A stretch of 64,000 nucleotides of DNA from a virus. Location: the IMG/VR virus record IMGVR_UViG_3300042154_001567, positions 11,833 to 75,832 of that record, one strand, 5' to 3'. Every line of letters begins with the position of its first letter. Positions within the stretch are counted from its first letter, which is position 1. The translations under genes and the position numbers were made by a program. Shown here piece by piece: positions 1 to 10,529 of this stretch. The notes beneath the pieces were generated by a model, which saw only the letters and a list, made by a program, of their open reading frames with translations, had not been told where the DNA came from and searched no databases.

Positions 1-317
1 TGGAAGGAAAATGGAAAAAATATTTAGCAGCATTTAAAAATGTTGACCAAATAGTAGAAGGAATTAAGAATAACATATTTAAAAAAGAACACATTGAAGC
101 TGTAGCTACAGATAGATTTCAAGTATGCATTAAGTGTTCTTTATTTGATGCTTCTGGAGATAATTGTTTAGCTCCTGGTACACAACCATGTTGTTCAGAT
201 TGTGGATGCAGTCTAGCCTTTAAGGTGAGATCATTATCAACATCTTGTCCTAAAGGATTTTGGGATTCTTTAATGACTGAAGAATTGGAAGAAAAAATAA
301 ATAAACAAATAAAATAA
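1..317 (+). CDS. Small Cys-rich putative Zn-binding protein (5' truncated, apparently by one base)
   Basis: Not in the ORF track. Reads (M)EGKWKKYL...CIKC...C...CCSDCGCSLAFKVRSLSTSCPKGFW...KQIK*. TAA at 315-317 overlaps the next ATG (TAATG). Confidence 0.8.
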   Translation, partial: EGKWKKYLAAFKNVDQIVEGIKNNIFKKEHIEAVATDRFQVCIKCSLFDASGDNCLAPGTQPCCSDCGCSLAFKVRSLSTSCPKGFWDSLMTEELEEKINKQIK

Positions 318-1129
318 TGGCTATAATATTTAAAGAAGATGGACATACTTATGAAAGTATAGAGGAAGATAACATTGAATGGTTAAGTGTTACATCTCTT
401 GTAAGTAAGTTTAAACCTAAGTTTGATAAAGAAGGACAGGCTAAAAAATCTGCAAAGAATAAAAATTCTAAGTGGTATGGTATGACTGCAGAACAAATAA
501 TAGAAGCTTGGGATAATGAAACACAAAGAGCTGTTACTCTTGGTAACTTTTATCATAACCAAAGAGAATCTGATATGCTTGATTTTAAAACTATTGAGCG
601 TAATGGAATTGAAGTACCTATTATTAAACCACTTATAAATGATGAGGGTATAAAATTAGCACCAGAACAAAAGTTATCTGATGGTGTATATCCAGAGCAT
701 TTAGTTTATTTAAAATCTGTAGGACTTTGTGGCCAAGCAGATGTTGTAGAAGTTGTAGATGGTTATATTAATATCAATGATTACAAAACTAATAAAGAAA
801 TTAAAGAAAAAGGATATACTAATTGGGAGGGTATTACAAGTAAAATGTTTAAACCTATTAATCACTTAGATGATTGTAATTTAATGCATTATTCTTTACA
901 ACTCAGTATTTATGCGTATATTATTAAAAAGCATAACCCTTCTTTAAAGATTGGTAAACTTACAATTCAACATGTTAAGTTTAAACAGATAGGTGAAGAC
1001 GCAAACGGATATCCAATAAATGAACACTATAATGGAGAACCCATTTTAGATGAAATCAAAATGTATGAAGTTCCTTATTTAAAGGATGAAGTTAATTCAT
1101 TAATGATGTGGTTAAAAGATAATAAATAA
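317..1129 (+). CDS. PD-(D/E)XK family exonuclease
   Basis: SVTSLV at the N terminus, then E...LCGQADVV...INDYKTN and YSLQLSIYAY motifs. Sits upstream of the terminase as in crAss-like phages. Confidence 0.8.
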   Translation: MAIIFKEDGHTYESIEEDNIEWLSVTSLVSKFKPKFDKEGQAKKSAKNKNSKWYGMTAEQIIEAWDNETQRAVTLGNFYHNQRESDMLDFKTIERNGIEVPIIKPLINDEGIKLAPEQKLSDGVYPEHLVYLKSVGLCGQADVVEVVDGYININDYKTNKEIKEKGYTNWEGITSKMFKPINHLDDCNLMHYSLQLSIYAYIIKKHNPSLKIGKLTIQHVKFKQIGEDANGYPINEHYNGEPILDEIKMYEVPYLKDEVNSLMMWLKDNK

Positions 1130-1133
1130 AACT

Positions 1134-1403
1134 ATGGCAAGTATAACAATTACACAAATACAACTAGAAATAGCAACACTTCCAAATAGTCCTGCACCAC
1201 TAAATTTATATTGGAATTCATCTAGTGCATCACAAATAAGCATAGATCCTACAAAAATTATTGGAGTAGGTTATGTTTGGGATCCTACAGCAACAGTTTA
1301 TATACCAGGTATAATACAAATATATTTATCAGGTCCTTTTAATATTTATAGTACAGCTTCTTATGAATCAATAGTTGCTTATATGAATCCTACATTAACT
1401 TAA
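1134..1403 (+). CDS. Hypothetical protein
   Basis: 89-aa ORF packed tightly in the operon. Confidence 0.7.
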   Translation: MASITITQIQLEIATLPNSPAPLNLYWNSSSASQISIDPTKIIGVGYVWDPTATVYIPGIIQIYLSGPFNIYSTASYESIVAYMNPTLT

Positions 1404-1405
1404 TT

Positions 1406-1924
1406 ATGTTAGTAAGACTATTTGACATCCAGAACAGTAAGGTAATTCCATCAGAACATTGCTATGCTTTACCTTTTTTAAATGCCATTATGGAAAATTA
1501 TCCTGATAGTTATTTAAAAATCTATCAGTATATATTTTATATGAGTTGTCCTAATCCAGATATGAATCCGTTTTTTAATATACCAGAACATGAAAAAGAA
1601 GATATCATTATTGAAGAAGTTCAATTAGAAGATTCACCAGAAGATCCTAAAATAAGATATGCATTAGACATGTGTTATAAGTTATATGAAACACCTACAT
1701 TTAGAGCTTACAAAGGTATTAAATCAATGCTTGATAGATTGGCTAAATACATGGAAGTAACTGCTATTGAACATGGTAGAGATGGTAACATAAACTCTAT
1801 GGTAAATGCAGCATCTAAATTTGAGCAGATTAGACAATCATATAAAGGGGCCTTTATTGATATGAAACAAGAACAAGAAAGTTCTGTACGTGGTGGTGCA
1901 GGATTAGCATATGACCAAATATAA
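1406..1924 (+). CDS. Conserved phage protein, possible terminase small subunit
   Basis: 172 aa, helical C terminus ending SVRGGAGLAYDQI, located upstream of terL. Function inferred from position only. Confidence 0.45.
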   Translation: MLVRLFDIQNSKVIPSEHCYALPFLNAIMENYPDSYLKIYQYIFYMSCPNPDMNPFFNIPEHEKEDIIIEEVQLEDSPEDPKIRYALDMCYKLYETPTFRAYKGIKSMLDRLAKYMEVTAIEHGRDGNINSMVNAASKFEQIRQSYKGAFIDMKQEQESSVRGGAGLAYDQI

Positions 1925-1945
1925 TAAACCATTAAAATCAAAAAT

Positions 1946-2224
1946 ATGACACAACAAGTAATACCAGTAGGTAAAAAATTATTAATTAAACAAAAAAAAG
2001 CTGAAACATTTTTTAAAAACACAAGTATTATTATACCTGATGCAGCTCAAAAATTTGAAAATAAAGGTACTGTAGTAGCTGTGGGTGAGGGTATTACAGA
2101 AATCAAAATAGGTGATGAGGTTCAATATAGTGAGCATTGTTTACCAACGTCTATGATGCATGATAATGAAGAACATTTACTGATCCATGAAGGTGATGTA
2201 TTTGCAAAATTCAAGTATGTATAA
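1946..2224 (+). CDS. groES: Co-chaperonin GroES (Cpn10)
   Basis: PVGKKLLIK, IIIPD, GTVVAVGEG, IKIGDEV, LLIHEGDVFA match the Cpn10 pattern. Confidence 0.9.
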   Translation: MTQQVIPVGKKLLIKQKKAETFFKNTSIIIPDAAQKFENKGTVVAVGEGITEIKIGDEVQYSEHCLPTSMMHDNEEHLLIHEGDVFAKFKYV

Positions 2225-4403
2225 ATCCATACCTACATATAAAAATAATTCTTGGACAACTACGGAATTTGATACTAGGCAAGATTTTATAGACTATGTT
2301 TTAAGTATATTTAATGTTCCTGGGCATTATGAGTTTAATGAACTTTCTTTTAAGTTTAATGAACAAGCTCAAATATTTAATGAACAGGGGTTTTATTGTA
2401 ATAAACCATTTAGGTCTAAAGATTTTACTGACTATTGGGAAGATCAAAAAATCAAATGTAGAGAGGGAGTTATTTATGATGATGGAGATAAAAGCTGGTA
2501 TTTAACCAGAGACTACTATATGTGGTTAAACTTCTTACCTATCTTTGATAAGGAAGAAAAGAAGTATGGTTTTGCTAAAGTACGTGATGCTCAGTATCAT
2601 ATGGCTTTGTATGAACAACTTGCAGAACTACATTACAAACATTCAGCTATATTAAAGAAACGTCAGATAGCATCTTCATATTTTCATATGGGTAAAATTA
2701 TTAATACCTATTGGTTTGAGGAAGGTAGTATCTGTAAGATTGGTGCATCACTTAAAGATTTTATAAATGACAAAGGTTCATGGAAATTTTTAGATGAATA
2801 TAAAACCTTCTTAAATGAACATACTGCTTGGTATAGACCAAGTAATCCAGAAAAAGTTTTGTTATGGCAACAACAAATTGAAGTTAAAATTGGTAATAGA
2901 AAAACAGCAAGAGGATTAAAGTCAAAAATACAAGGAGGTTCATTTGAAAAAAATGCAACTACTGGAGTAGGTGGACCTTGTTCCTATTTCTTTCATGAGG
3001 AAGCCGGCATTGCTCCAAAGATGTCTGAAACATATGAGTACTTACGTCCTGCTATGTCTTCAGGTATGATTACTACAGGTATGTTTATTGCTGCTGGTTC
3101 AGTGGGAGATTTAGAACAATGTAATCCTTTGAAAGAAATGATTACTAACCCAGTAGCAAATGACATATATGCTGTAGAAACTGACCTTATTGATGCAGAT
3201 GGTACAATAGGTATGGCAGGATTATTTATTCCAGAACAATGGTCAATGCCTCCATACATTGATGACTACGGAAACTCATTAGTAAAAGAAGCTGAAGTAG
3301 CAATCCATGAAGAAAGAGAAAGATGGAAGAATGAATTAAATGGTGAACAGTTTCAATTAAGGATATCTCAAAAACCTTTAAACATTGCAGAAGCTTTTGC
3401 ATATAGAAAAGCATCTGTATTTCCACAAGGTATTCTTAGTAGACAACAAAAAAGAATTGAAGAAAAAGAATATCCTTATGAACTTATTGAATTAGATAGA
3501 GATGAGAAAGGTATATTTGCTAAAAGAACAAACAAACTTCCAATAAGCAGATTCCCTGTAGACAGGAAACAAGTGGATAAGACGGGAAGTATTGTTGTTT
3601 GGGAACGTCCAGTCAAGAGTCCAGAGTTCGGGGCTTATTACGCCTCTATTGACCCTGTATCAGAAGGCAAGACAACTACATCAGATTCCTTGTGTAGTAT
3701 TTTTGTTTATAAGAATGCAACAGAGGTTACAAGGACTATGATATCTGGAGATGTAGAACAATTTTTAGAGAAAGATAAAATTGTAGCATCTTGGTGTGGT
3801 AGATTTGATGATATTAATAAAACACATGAAAGATTAGAATTAATTATAGAATGGTATAATGCCTGGACTATAGTTGAGAATAACATATCTTTGTTTATAC
3901 AACATATGATTTCTAGAAAGAAACAAAGATATTTAGTACCTAAACAACAAATCTTATTTTTAAAAGATCTTGGTTCAAACAATACTGTTTATCAAGAATA
4001 TGGATGGAAAAATACAGGTACATTATTTAAAAGCCATTTGATATCATATGCAATTGAGTTTTTAAGAGAAGTTATAGATGAAGAAACTGATGTCAGTGGT
4101 GTTGTTACAAATCAAACATTAGGTGTTGAAAGAATACCTGATGGAATGTTAATAAAAGAAATGCTTGCATATTATCCTGGACTTAACGTGGATAGATTAG
4201 TGGCATTTGGAGCTTTAATAGCTTTTGTAAAAATACAACAATCAAACAGGGGTTTTTCAAAAAGACGTGAATCAGAAGAAAAATCTTTGGTAAATTCAGA
4301 AAATTTGTATAAATTAAAGTATAGTCCGTTTAAAAATATTGGACGTAGAGGAAACAATACTGGAAATACAATTAAAAGATCAGGCTTCAAAAATTATAAA
4401 TAA
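2217..4403 (+). CDS. terL: Terminase large subunit
   Basis: LKKRQIASS (Walker A variant), YFFHEEAG (Walker B), C-terminal nuclease IDPV...D; directly upstream of the portal. ATG 2217 preferred over 2187, which overlaps more of groES. Confidence 0.9.
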   Translation: MYKSIPTYKNNSWTTTEFDTRQDFIDYVLSIFNVPGHYEFNELSFKFNEQAQIFNEQGFYCNKPFRSKDFTDYWEDQKIKCREGVIYDDGDKSWYLTRDYYMWLNFLPIFDKEEKKYGFAKVRDAQYHMALYEQLAELHYKHSAILKKRQIASSYFHMGKIINTYWFEEGSICKIGASLKDFINDKGSWKFLDEYKTFLNEHTAWYRPSNPEKVLLWQQQIEVKIGNRKTARGLKSKIQGGSFEKNATTGVGGPCSYFFHEEAGIAPKMSETYEYLRPAMSSGMITTGMFIAAGSVGDLEQCNPLKEMITNPVANDIYAVETDLIDADGTIGMAGLFIPEQWSMPPYIDDYGNSLVKEAEVAIHEERERWKNELNGEQFQLRISQKPLNIAEAFAYRKASVFPQGILSRQQKRIEEKEYPYELIELDRDEKGIFAKRTNKLPISRFPVDRKQVDKTGSIVVWERPVKSPEFGAYYASIDPVSEGKTTTSDSLCSIFVYKNATEVTRTMISGDVEQFLEKDKIVASWCGRFDDINKTHERLELIIEWYNAWTIVENNISLFIQHMISRKKQRYLVPKQQILFLKDLGSNNTVYQEYGWKNTGTLFKSHLISYAIEFLREVIDEETDVSGVVTNQTLGVERIPDGMLIKEMLAYYPGLNVDRLVAFGALIAFVKIQQSNRGFSKRRESEEKSLVNSENLYKLKYSPFKNIGRRGNNTGNTIKRSGFKNYK

Positions 4404-4424
4404 ATTAACTAAATTAAATTTAGA

Positions 4425-7172
4425 ATGAAAGTACTTAATGCAATGCAGTTAAAGGCTGGTGCAAAAAAAACTGAAGGACCTACCTTTTCTAGTTTAACGC
4501 AACCTATTCAATTTTTACCTTATTCTGAAAAAACAGATGATTGGGCCGCTTGGAATTTAGATTGGTTAGAACTCCAAGGTATTCAATTTTTAAAACTTAA
4601 TGCCAGAAGACTTTTAAAAAATTACAAATTAGCCAAAGGAATCATAGATAAAACAGACTATATAGTTGAACCTGATAATGACTATAAAGATTTAATGGAT
4701 GTTTTAACTAAAGAAAATGATTCAGCTTTAGAACTTAAATTTTATCCTATCATCCCAAATGTAATTAATGTATTAAGTGGGGAGTTTTCTAAAAGATACA
4801 ATAAAGTACAATTCAGAGCAGTTGATGATAGATCTTATAATGAAATGCTTGAGCAAAAGAGAATGCAAGTTGAAGAAGCTTTACTTGCAGATGCTGAAAG
4901 AAATTTAGTACAAAAGATGATTCAAATGGGTTTAGATCCATCATCTGATGAAGCTAAACAACAACTTGCTCCTGAAAATATTAAAACATTACCTGAAATT
5001 GAAGACTTTTTTAGTAAGTCATATAGAAGTTCTGTAGAAGAATGGGCAACCCATCAATTAAATGTTGATGAAGAAAGATTCAAAATGCAAGAGCTTGAAG
5101 AAAGAGGCTTTAGGGATATGCTTATTGCTGATAGAGAGTTCTGGCATTTCCGTATGTTAGAAGATGATTATGATATTGAATTATGGAATCCTGTTTTAAC
5201 ATTCTACCAAAAGTCTCCAGATCAAAGATATATTTCTGACTCAGCATATGTTGGTAAAGTAGATTTGATGACAGTATCTGACGTTGTAGATAAATATGGA
5301 TATTTAATGAGCCAAGAACAATTGGAATCATTACAAAGAATTTATCCAGCAAGATCAGCTCAGTATCAAGTTAATGGATATCAAAATGATGGTTCTTACT
5401 ATGATGCAACAAGATCACACGCATGGAATACTAATTCACCAGGTTTAGCTTATAGACAATATACAAGTAATTACATGGCAGATCCTGCCAGAGGTGGTGA
5501 TATATTAAATCAAATTTTAGGAGAGAGTGAAGACTTAGCTTATTTTGGTGATGGTAATTTAATGAGAGTTTCTACAATTTATTGGAAGACTCAAAGAAAA
5601 ATTGGACATCTTACTAAGATAGAATTTGATGGTGAAGTAACTCAAGAGATAGTTGATGAAACATTTAAAGTAACAGAAAAACCTGTTTATGATACATCAA
5701 TCTTCAAAAATAAAACAAAAGATACTTTACTACAAGGAGAACATCTTGATTGGATTTGGATTAATGAAATCTGGGGTGGTGTAAAAGTAGGACCAAATGT
5801 ACCTGCTATGTGGAAAAGTTCTACAAGTAGTGAAATTAATCCTATTTATTTAGGTATTAATAGAACTAAACCGGGAAGACTACCATTCCAATTTAAAGGA
5901 AATAATTCTTTATATGGTTGCAAGTTACCTGTAGAGGGTAGAGTATTCTCTGATAGAAATACAAGATCTACTTCTTTGGTAGATTTAATGAAAGCATACC
6001 AAGTTGGATACAATATGGTTAATAATCAGATTGCTGATATCTTAATTGATGAATTAGGTACAGTAATTATGTTTGACCAGAATGCATTACCACGTCACTC
6101 AATGGGTGAAGATTGGGGTAAAAACAATTATGCCAAAGCATATGTAGCTATGAAGGATTTCCAAATGCTTCCTCTTGATACTTCAATTACTAATACAGAA
6201 AATGCAGTAAACTTCCAACACTACCAGACTCTAAACATGGAGCAAACTAGTAGATTGATGAGTAGAATACAATTAGCTAATTATTTTAAACAACAATGTT
6301 TTGATGCAATTGGTATTAACCCACAGAGATTGGGTGGTGCTGTATCAGCAGAAACAGCTACTGGAGTAATGAATGCAATGCAACAATCATATGCTCAAAC
6401 AGAAATTTATTTTGTACAGCATTCTGATCAGTTAATGCCAAGAGTACATCAAATGAGAACAGACTTAGCTCAGTTCTATTATAGTACCAATCCAAGTGTA
6501 AGATTAAGTTATATCTCTACGGAAGCAGATAAGGTAAACTTTACAATCAATGGTACAGATCTTTTATTAAGAGATTTCAATGTATTTGCTACAACTAAAA
6601 CAAATCATAGAGCTATTCTTGAACAGTTAAAGCAAATGGCATTAACTAATAACACAACAGGTGCTAGTATATATGAACTAGGTAATATTGTTAAAGCAGA
6701 TTCTATTGGTGAAGTAACAGATATCTTAAAAGATTCTGAAGCAAGAATAACAGCTCAGAGACAAGAAGAAATGCAACAACAACGTCAAATGCAAGAACAA
6801 CAGTTACAAGCACAGGCGCAGGAAGCTCAAATGAAAACACAGATGCTACAAGTAGAAGCTGAAAAGGATAGACAGAATGATATTACTATTGCTGAAATTA
6901 GAGCTGCTGGGTATGGTGCCGGTGTAGATATAAATAAAAATGAGGTAAATGATTACCAAGATGCATTAAAGGATATTCAACAAACAACTCAATATAGAGA
7001 ACAAATGAATATGAAACGTGAGGAGATGGTAAGTAAGTCATCTACAGAAGCACAGAAACTTCAAGTTGAAAGAGAAAGAATTGCAGCACAAACACAAATA
7101 GCAAAAACACAGTTAGATATAGCCATACAGAATAAAAACAAGTATGATACTAAAAAACCAAAAGATAAATAG
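4425..7172 (+). CDS. Portal protein
   Basis: 915 aa; LKFYPIIPNVINVLSGE and GINPQRLG motifs; Q/E-rich coiled-coil C terminus; follows terL. Confidence 0.88.
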   Translation: MKVLNAMQLKAGAKKTEGPTFSSLTQPIQFLPYSEKTDDWAAWNLDWLELQGIQFLKLNARRLLKNYKLAKGIIDKTDYIVEPDNDYKDLMDVLTKENDSALELKFYPIIPNVINVLSGEFSKRYNKVQFRAVDDRSYNEMLEQKRMQVEEALLADAERNLVQKMIQMGLDPSSDEAKQQLAPENIKTLPEIEDFFSKSYRSSVEEWATHQLNVDEERFKMQELEERGFRDMLIADREFWHFRMLEDDYDIELWNPVLTFYQKSPDQRYISDSAYVGKVDLMTVSDVVDKYGYLMSQEQLESLQRIYPARSAQYQVNGYQNDGSYYDATRSHAWNTNSPGLAYRQYTSNYMADPARGGDILNQILGESEDLAYFGDGNLMRVSTIYWKTQRKIGHLTKIEFDGEVTQEIVDETFKVTEKPVYDTSIFKNKTKDTLLQGEHLDWIWINEIWGGVKVGPNVPAMWKSSTSSEINPIYLGINRTKPGRLPFQFKGNNSLYGCKLPVEGRVFSDRNTRSTSLVDLMKAYQVGYNMVNNQIADILIDELGTVIMFDQNALPRHSMGEDWGKNNYAKAYVAMKDFQMLPLDTSITNTENAVNFQHYQTLNMEQTSRLMSRIQLANYFKQQCFDAIGINPQRLGGAVSAETATGVMNAMQQSYAQTEIYFVQHSDQLMPRVHQMRTDLAQFYYSTNPSVRLSYISTEADKVNFTINGTDLLLRDFNVFATTKTNHRAILEQLKQMALTNNTTGASIYELGNIVKADSIGEVTDILKDSEARITAQRQEEMQQQRQMQEQQLQAQAQEAQMKTQMLQVEAEKDRQNDITIAEIRAAGYGAGVDINKNEVNDYQDALKDIQQTTQYREQMNMKREEMVSKSSTEAQKLQVERERIAAQTQIAKTQLDIAIQNKNKYDTKKPKDK

Positions 7173-7245
7173 TTTGCGTTAGCTATATACTGCAAAAAAC
7201 TTTGCAATATTATCAAATATAATAAGTTTAGCATGATGCAAACTA
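7170..7245 (+). ncRNA. Predicted three-way-junction RNA element between portal and scaffold genes
   Basis: P1 7170-7185/7229-7245 (16 bp, 2 GU, 1 bulge); P2 7191-7196/7201-7206; P3 7208-7213/7219-7224. Confidence 0.45.
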
Positions 7246-7258
7246 ATTAAAGATTTAC

Positions 7259-7266
7259 TATATTAT
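7259..7266 (+). promoter_or_regulatory. TATATTAT putative phage late promoter element
   Basis: The same octamer recurs in intergenic gaps at 12859, 14475 and 31103. Confidence 0.55.
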
Positions 7267-7301
7267 ATATATAAAGTATTAATTATTAAACCAACAATAA
7301 G

Positions 7302-8600
7302 ATGAGTACCAAAAACAACGCAATGAGTAGTAATGTAGAGACTTTAGATATTGATTTAGATACAATATTCAATGCAGCACCCAGCGGTGATGACATGACT
7401 TTGCCATCTGGAAAAGATACTAAAGCTACAAATAACATTTTTTCAGGAATAAATAAAAAAGCAGATTTTTCATTTGCTGATCCAGATGCAGATGATGCAG
7501 ATAATTTAACTGATAAAGGTAAAACTCCAACATCAAGTGCAGATCTTCTTGCAGATGATGAAGATGAGACTACACCTAAACCAACTAAAGAAGACGGTAA
7601 AAGCATTCTTGAAAGTTTAGGTGATGAAGATGATGAAGAAAAAAAAGAAACTAGAGGTAGAAAATCTATTTCTGGAATTTCAGATGTCTTCTCAAAAATG
7701 ATTAAAGAAGATAAATTAGTACCTTTTGATGATGAAAAATCTTTTGATGAATATACAGCAAAGGATTGGGAAGAATTAATTGAAGCTAATTTGGAAGAAA
7801 AAGCTAATCAAGTAAGACGTGAAACACCTAAACAGTTTTTTGCTAGCTTACCTGAAGAGTTACAAATTGCAGCAAGATACGTGGCAGATGGTGGTACTGA
7901 CTTAAAAGGTTTGTTTTCTACTTTAGGTCAAGTAGAAGAAACTAAGGATTTAGATATTAAATCTGAAAGAGATCAAGAGATTATTATTAAAGAGTATTTA
8001 AATGCTACTGGTTATGGTACTTCTGATGAGATTGCTGAAGAAATTGAAATTTGGAAAGATTTAGGAAAACTTGAACAACAAGCTGCTAAGTTTAAACCAA
8101 AGTTGGATAAGATGGCAGAACAAATTGTTATCAAGAAAGTGCAAGAGCAACAACTAAAACAAAAACAACAAGAACAAGCATCTAAAGCTTATATGCAAAA
8201 TGTATATGATACTTTAAAAGATGGCAACTTGGGAGACATTAAAGTTGATAGAAAAACTCAAGCAATGTTGTATAATGGTTTAGTTCAACCAAGTTATCCT
8301 TCAGTAAGTGGAAGGAATACAAATCTATTAGGACATCTATTAGAGAAGTATCAATTTGTAGAACCAAATTATAAATTAATATCAGAAGCATTATGGTTAT
8401 TGCAAGATCCAGAAGGATATAAAGCAAAGATCATGGATAAAGGAGCTCAACAAAGTATTGAGCAAACAGTAAGAAAACTAAAAACAGAACAGGGTAACCA
8501 TAGTTCAAGTTCTCTTGGGATTCAAGATAAAGATGAAGAAACAAGAAAACAACCAACTAAAAAATTACCTAGAACCAATAACATTTTCAAAAGGATTTAA
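7302..8600 (+). CDS. Putative capsid scaffolding protein
   Basis: Highly acidic N-terminal half and helical C-terminal half; lies between portal and MCP. Confidence 0.7.
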   Translation: MSTKNNAMSSNVETLDIDLDTIFNAAPSGDDMTLPSGKDTKATNNIFSGINKKADFSFADPDADDADNLTDKGKTPTSSADLLADDEDETTPKPTKEDGKSILESLGDEDDEEKKETRGRKSISGISDVFSKMIKEDKLVPFDDEKSFDEYTAKDWEELIEANLEEKANQVRRETPKQFFASLPEELQIAARYVADGGTDLKGLFSTLGQVEETKDLDIKSERDQEIIIKEYLNATGYGTSDEIAEEIEIWKDLGKLEQQAAKFKPKLDKMAEQIVIKKVQEQQLKQKQQEQASKAYMQNVYDTLKDGNLGDIKVDRKTQAMLYNGLVQPSYPSVSGRNTNLLGHLLEKYQFVEPNYKLISEALWLLQDPEGYKAKIMDKGAQQSIEQTVRKLKTEQGNHSSSSLGIQDKDEETRKQPTKKLPRTNNIFKRI

Positions 8601-8645
8601 CAATCAAAAATATAAATAATTAATAACTAAAAACAATTTAAAATT

Positions 8646-10262
8646 ATGGCAACTCCAGTATTAAATAATGGGATTTTCCTAAGAGACACTAGCTACAAAG
8701 CAAGTTCTCATGTAGATTCTTATCACTTGACTCAGATGCTTGGTTCAGCAGAACCAATGGATATGGGACCAATTGATTTATGGGCAATGACTCAAAAAGT
8801 TGAAATGCCTCTTTATCAAATGGCTTCATTTGGTGGAAAGAACACTATCATGGTGGACAATGCTCGTGGTGAGTACAAATGGCAAACTCCTATTGCGCAA
8901 GATCTTCCATACATTGTGGCAGACATTGAACCAGCTAACGCTTCTAAAGGTGTAGATGGTACAACATTCAAAATTAAAATTTCTAAAAGAACATTTGGAC
9001 ATGGTGATATTATCACTTATGACAAGTACAATGGTTTAGAACTTTACATCACAGCTGATGATATCATCCCTGCTGGTGACGGTTTTATCTATACTGTTCA
9101 ATTAGTAAACAACAACAACGTAGCTAGCTTAGATAATAAGTATTTAGCTAAAGGTACTAAATTCTTCAGAAAAGGTTCTGCAAGAGGTGAGTACGGAGAA
9201 AGATTTTCTGACATTGAAACAGGTTCTGGTTTCCGTGAATTCTACAACTTTGTAGGAGGAGCTGAAGCACACGTACATTATTCTATTTCTAGCCGTGCTG
9301 ATCTTATGATCAAAGGTGGTTTGAATGCAGATGGTACTGTACCTGTAACTGAAATCTGGAGAAACTTTGGTGCTAACAATGATCCTGCTGTACCTAGTAT
9401 TGAAGGATTAATTGCTAACATGGGTAAAGCTGGTGCAAGAGAAGCATTTGAAAATGGTTCATTGACTAGAACATTTATCACTAACATGGAAGCTGCGCAT
9501 TTATCAAAAATTGCTTCTGACATTGAAACTTACTTAATGTGGGGTAAAGGTGGTAGAATCAAACAAGATGGTCCAGATGATATTAGATTATCTGTGGGAT
9601 TATGGGCACAGTTGGATAACTCATTCAAAAGAGTTTACAACAAGTCTTCTTTCACACTTGATATGTTTAAATCTGAATTGTATAACTTCTACCAAGGTAA
9701 AGTTGAGTTCAAAGGTCCAGATCCACAAAGATCACTTGTTGTTCAAACAGGTATTGGTGGTATGCAATTGATCAACAAAGCTATTGCTGATGAAGTATAT
9801 GGTTCTGGTTTAGTACAAAATGCTAGTGATATTGGAGCTGTTAAAGGTTCTGGAATGGATCTAGATTATGGATTTGCTTACACTTCATTTACTATTCCTT
9901 TCTTAGCTAACGTTAAGTTTGTATTGAACCCAGCGTTTGATAACTTGAATACTAATGATATTGAGAATCCATTAATTGATGGTCGTCCATTAAGTTCTTA
10001 TAGCTTTATTATCTTTGACGTAACAGATGAAGGAAATGATAACATCCATTTATTGAAATTATCTTGGGATAATCAATTGAAATGGTTCTACCAAAATGGA
10101 ACTATGGATTATATGGGAAGAACTCAAGGTTTTGCATCTACAGGTAACTTTAATGGATACCGTGTAATGATGTCACAAACTATGCCTGCTATCTGGGTTA
10201 AAGATCCAACTAAAGTCTTAAAAATTGTAATGAGAAACCCAATTACTGGTGGATCATTCTAA
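8646..10262 (+). CDS. Major capsid protein (crAss-like)
   Basis: 538 aa after the scaffold, biased codon usage, followed by a strong terminator; YLMWGKGG and IWVKDPTK segments. Confidence 0.85.
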   Translation: MATPVLNNGIFLRDTSYKASSHVDSYHLTQMLGSAEPMDMGPIDLWAMTQKVEMPLYQMASFGGKNTIMVDNARGEYKWQTPIAQDLPYIVADIEPANASKGVDGTTFKIKISKRTFGHGDIITYDKYNGLELYITADDIIPAGDGFIYTVQLVNNNNVASLDNKYLAKGTKFFRKGSARGEYGERFSDIETGSGFREFYNFVGGAEAHVHYSISSRADLMIKGGLNADGTVPVTEIWRNFGANNDPAVPSIEGLIANMGKAGAREAFENGSLTRTFITNMEAAHLSKIASDIETYLMWGKGGRIKQDGPDDIRLSVGLWAQLDNSFKRVYNKSSFTLDMFKSELYNFYQGKVEFKGPDPQRSLVVQTGIGGMQLINKAIADEVYGSGLVQNASDIGAVKGSGMDLDYGFAYTSFTIPFLANVKFVLNPAFDNLNTNDIENPLIDGRPLSSYSFIIFDVTDEGNDNIHLLKLSWDNQLKWFYQNGTMDYMGRTQGFASTGNFNGYRVMMSQTMPAIWVKDPTKVLKIVMRNPITGGSF

Positions 10263-10279
10263 TAATCAATAATTAAAAC

Positions 10280-10308
10280 GGGAGGGGTTAACGCTCCTCC
10301 CTTTTTTT
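10280..10308 (+). terminator. Rho-independent terminator
   Basis: GGGAGGGG-ttaacg-CTCCTCCC followed by T7. Confidence 0.85.
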
Positions 10309-10328
10309 AATCTTTAAAAAAAAATAAA

Positions 10329-10529
10329 ATGGCACTAGATATAAAAAAAGCAAATAAAACATATGAGTTTTCAAACTTAAATGTTTCTGAGATTATTGCT
10401 TCAAAAGCTGTAGGTAAAGATATATTGGTTAGAAATTATGTAGATAATGCTGCAGCAAAAGCAGTAGGATTAGTTAATGGAGATTTGTATCACACAGATG
10501 GAGTATTAAAAATTGTTTACGCGGCTTAA
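10329..10529 (+). CDS. Small putative capsid decoration or fibre-tip protein
   Basis: 66 aa; C-terminal NYVDNAAAKAVGLVNGDLYHTDGVLKIV resembles short virion-fibre end modules. Confidence 0.6.
   Translation: MALDIKKANKTYEFSNLNVSEIIASKAVGKDILVRNYVDNAAAKAVGLVNGDLYHTDGVLKIVYAA

Noticed and set aside
2217-10262. Introns or inteins in terL, portal or MCP
   Set aside because: The ORFs are continuous and of ordinary size; no intein termini or homing-endonuclease motifs seen.
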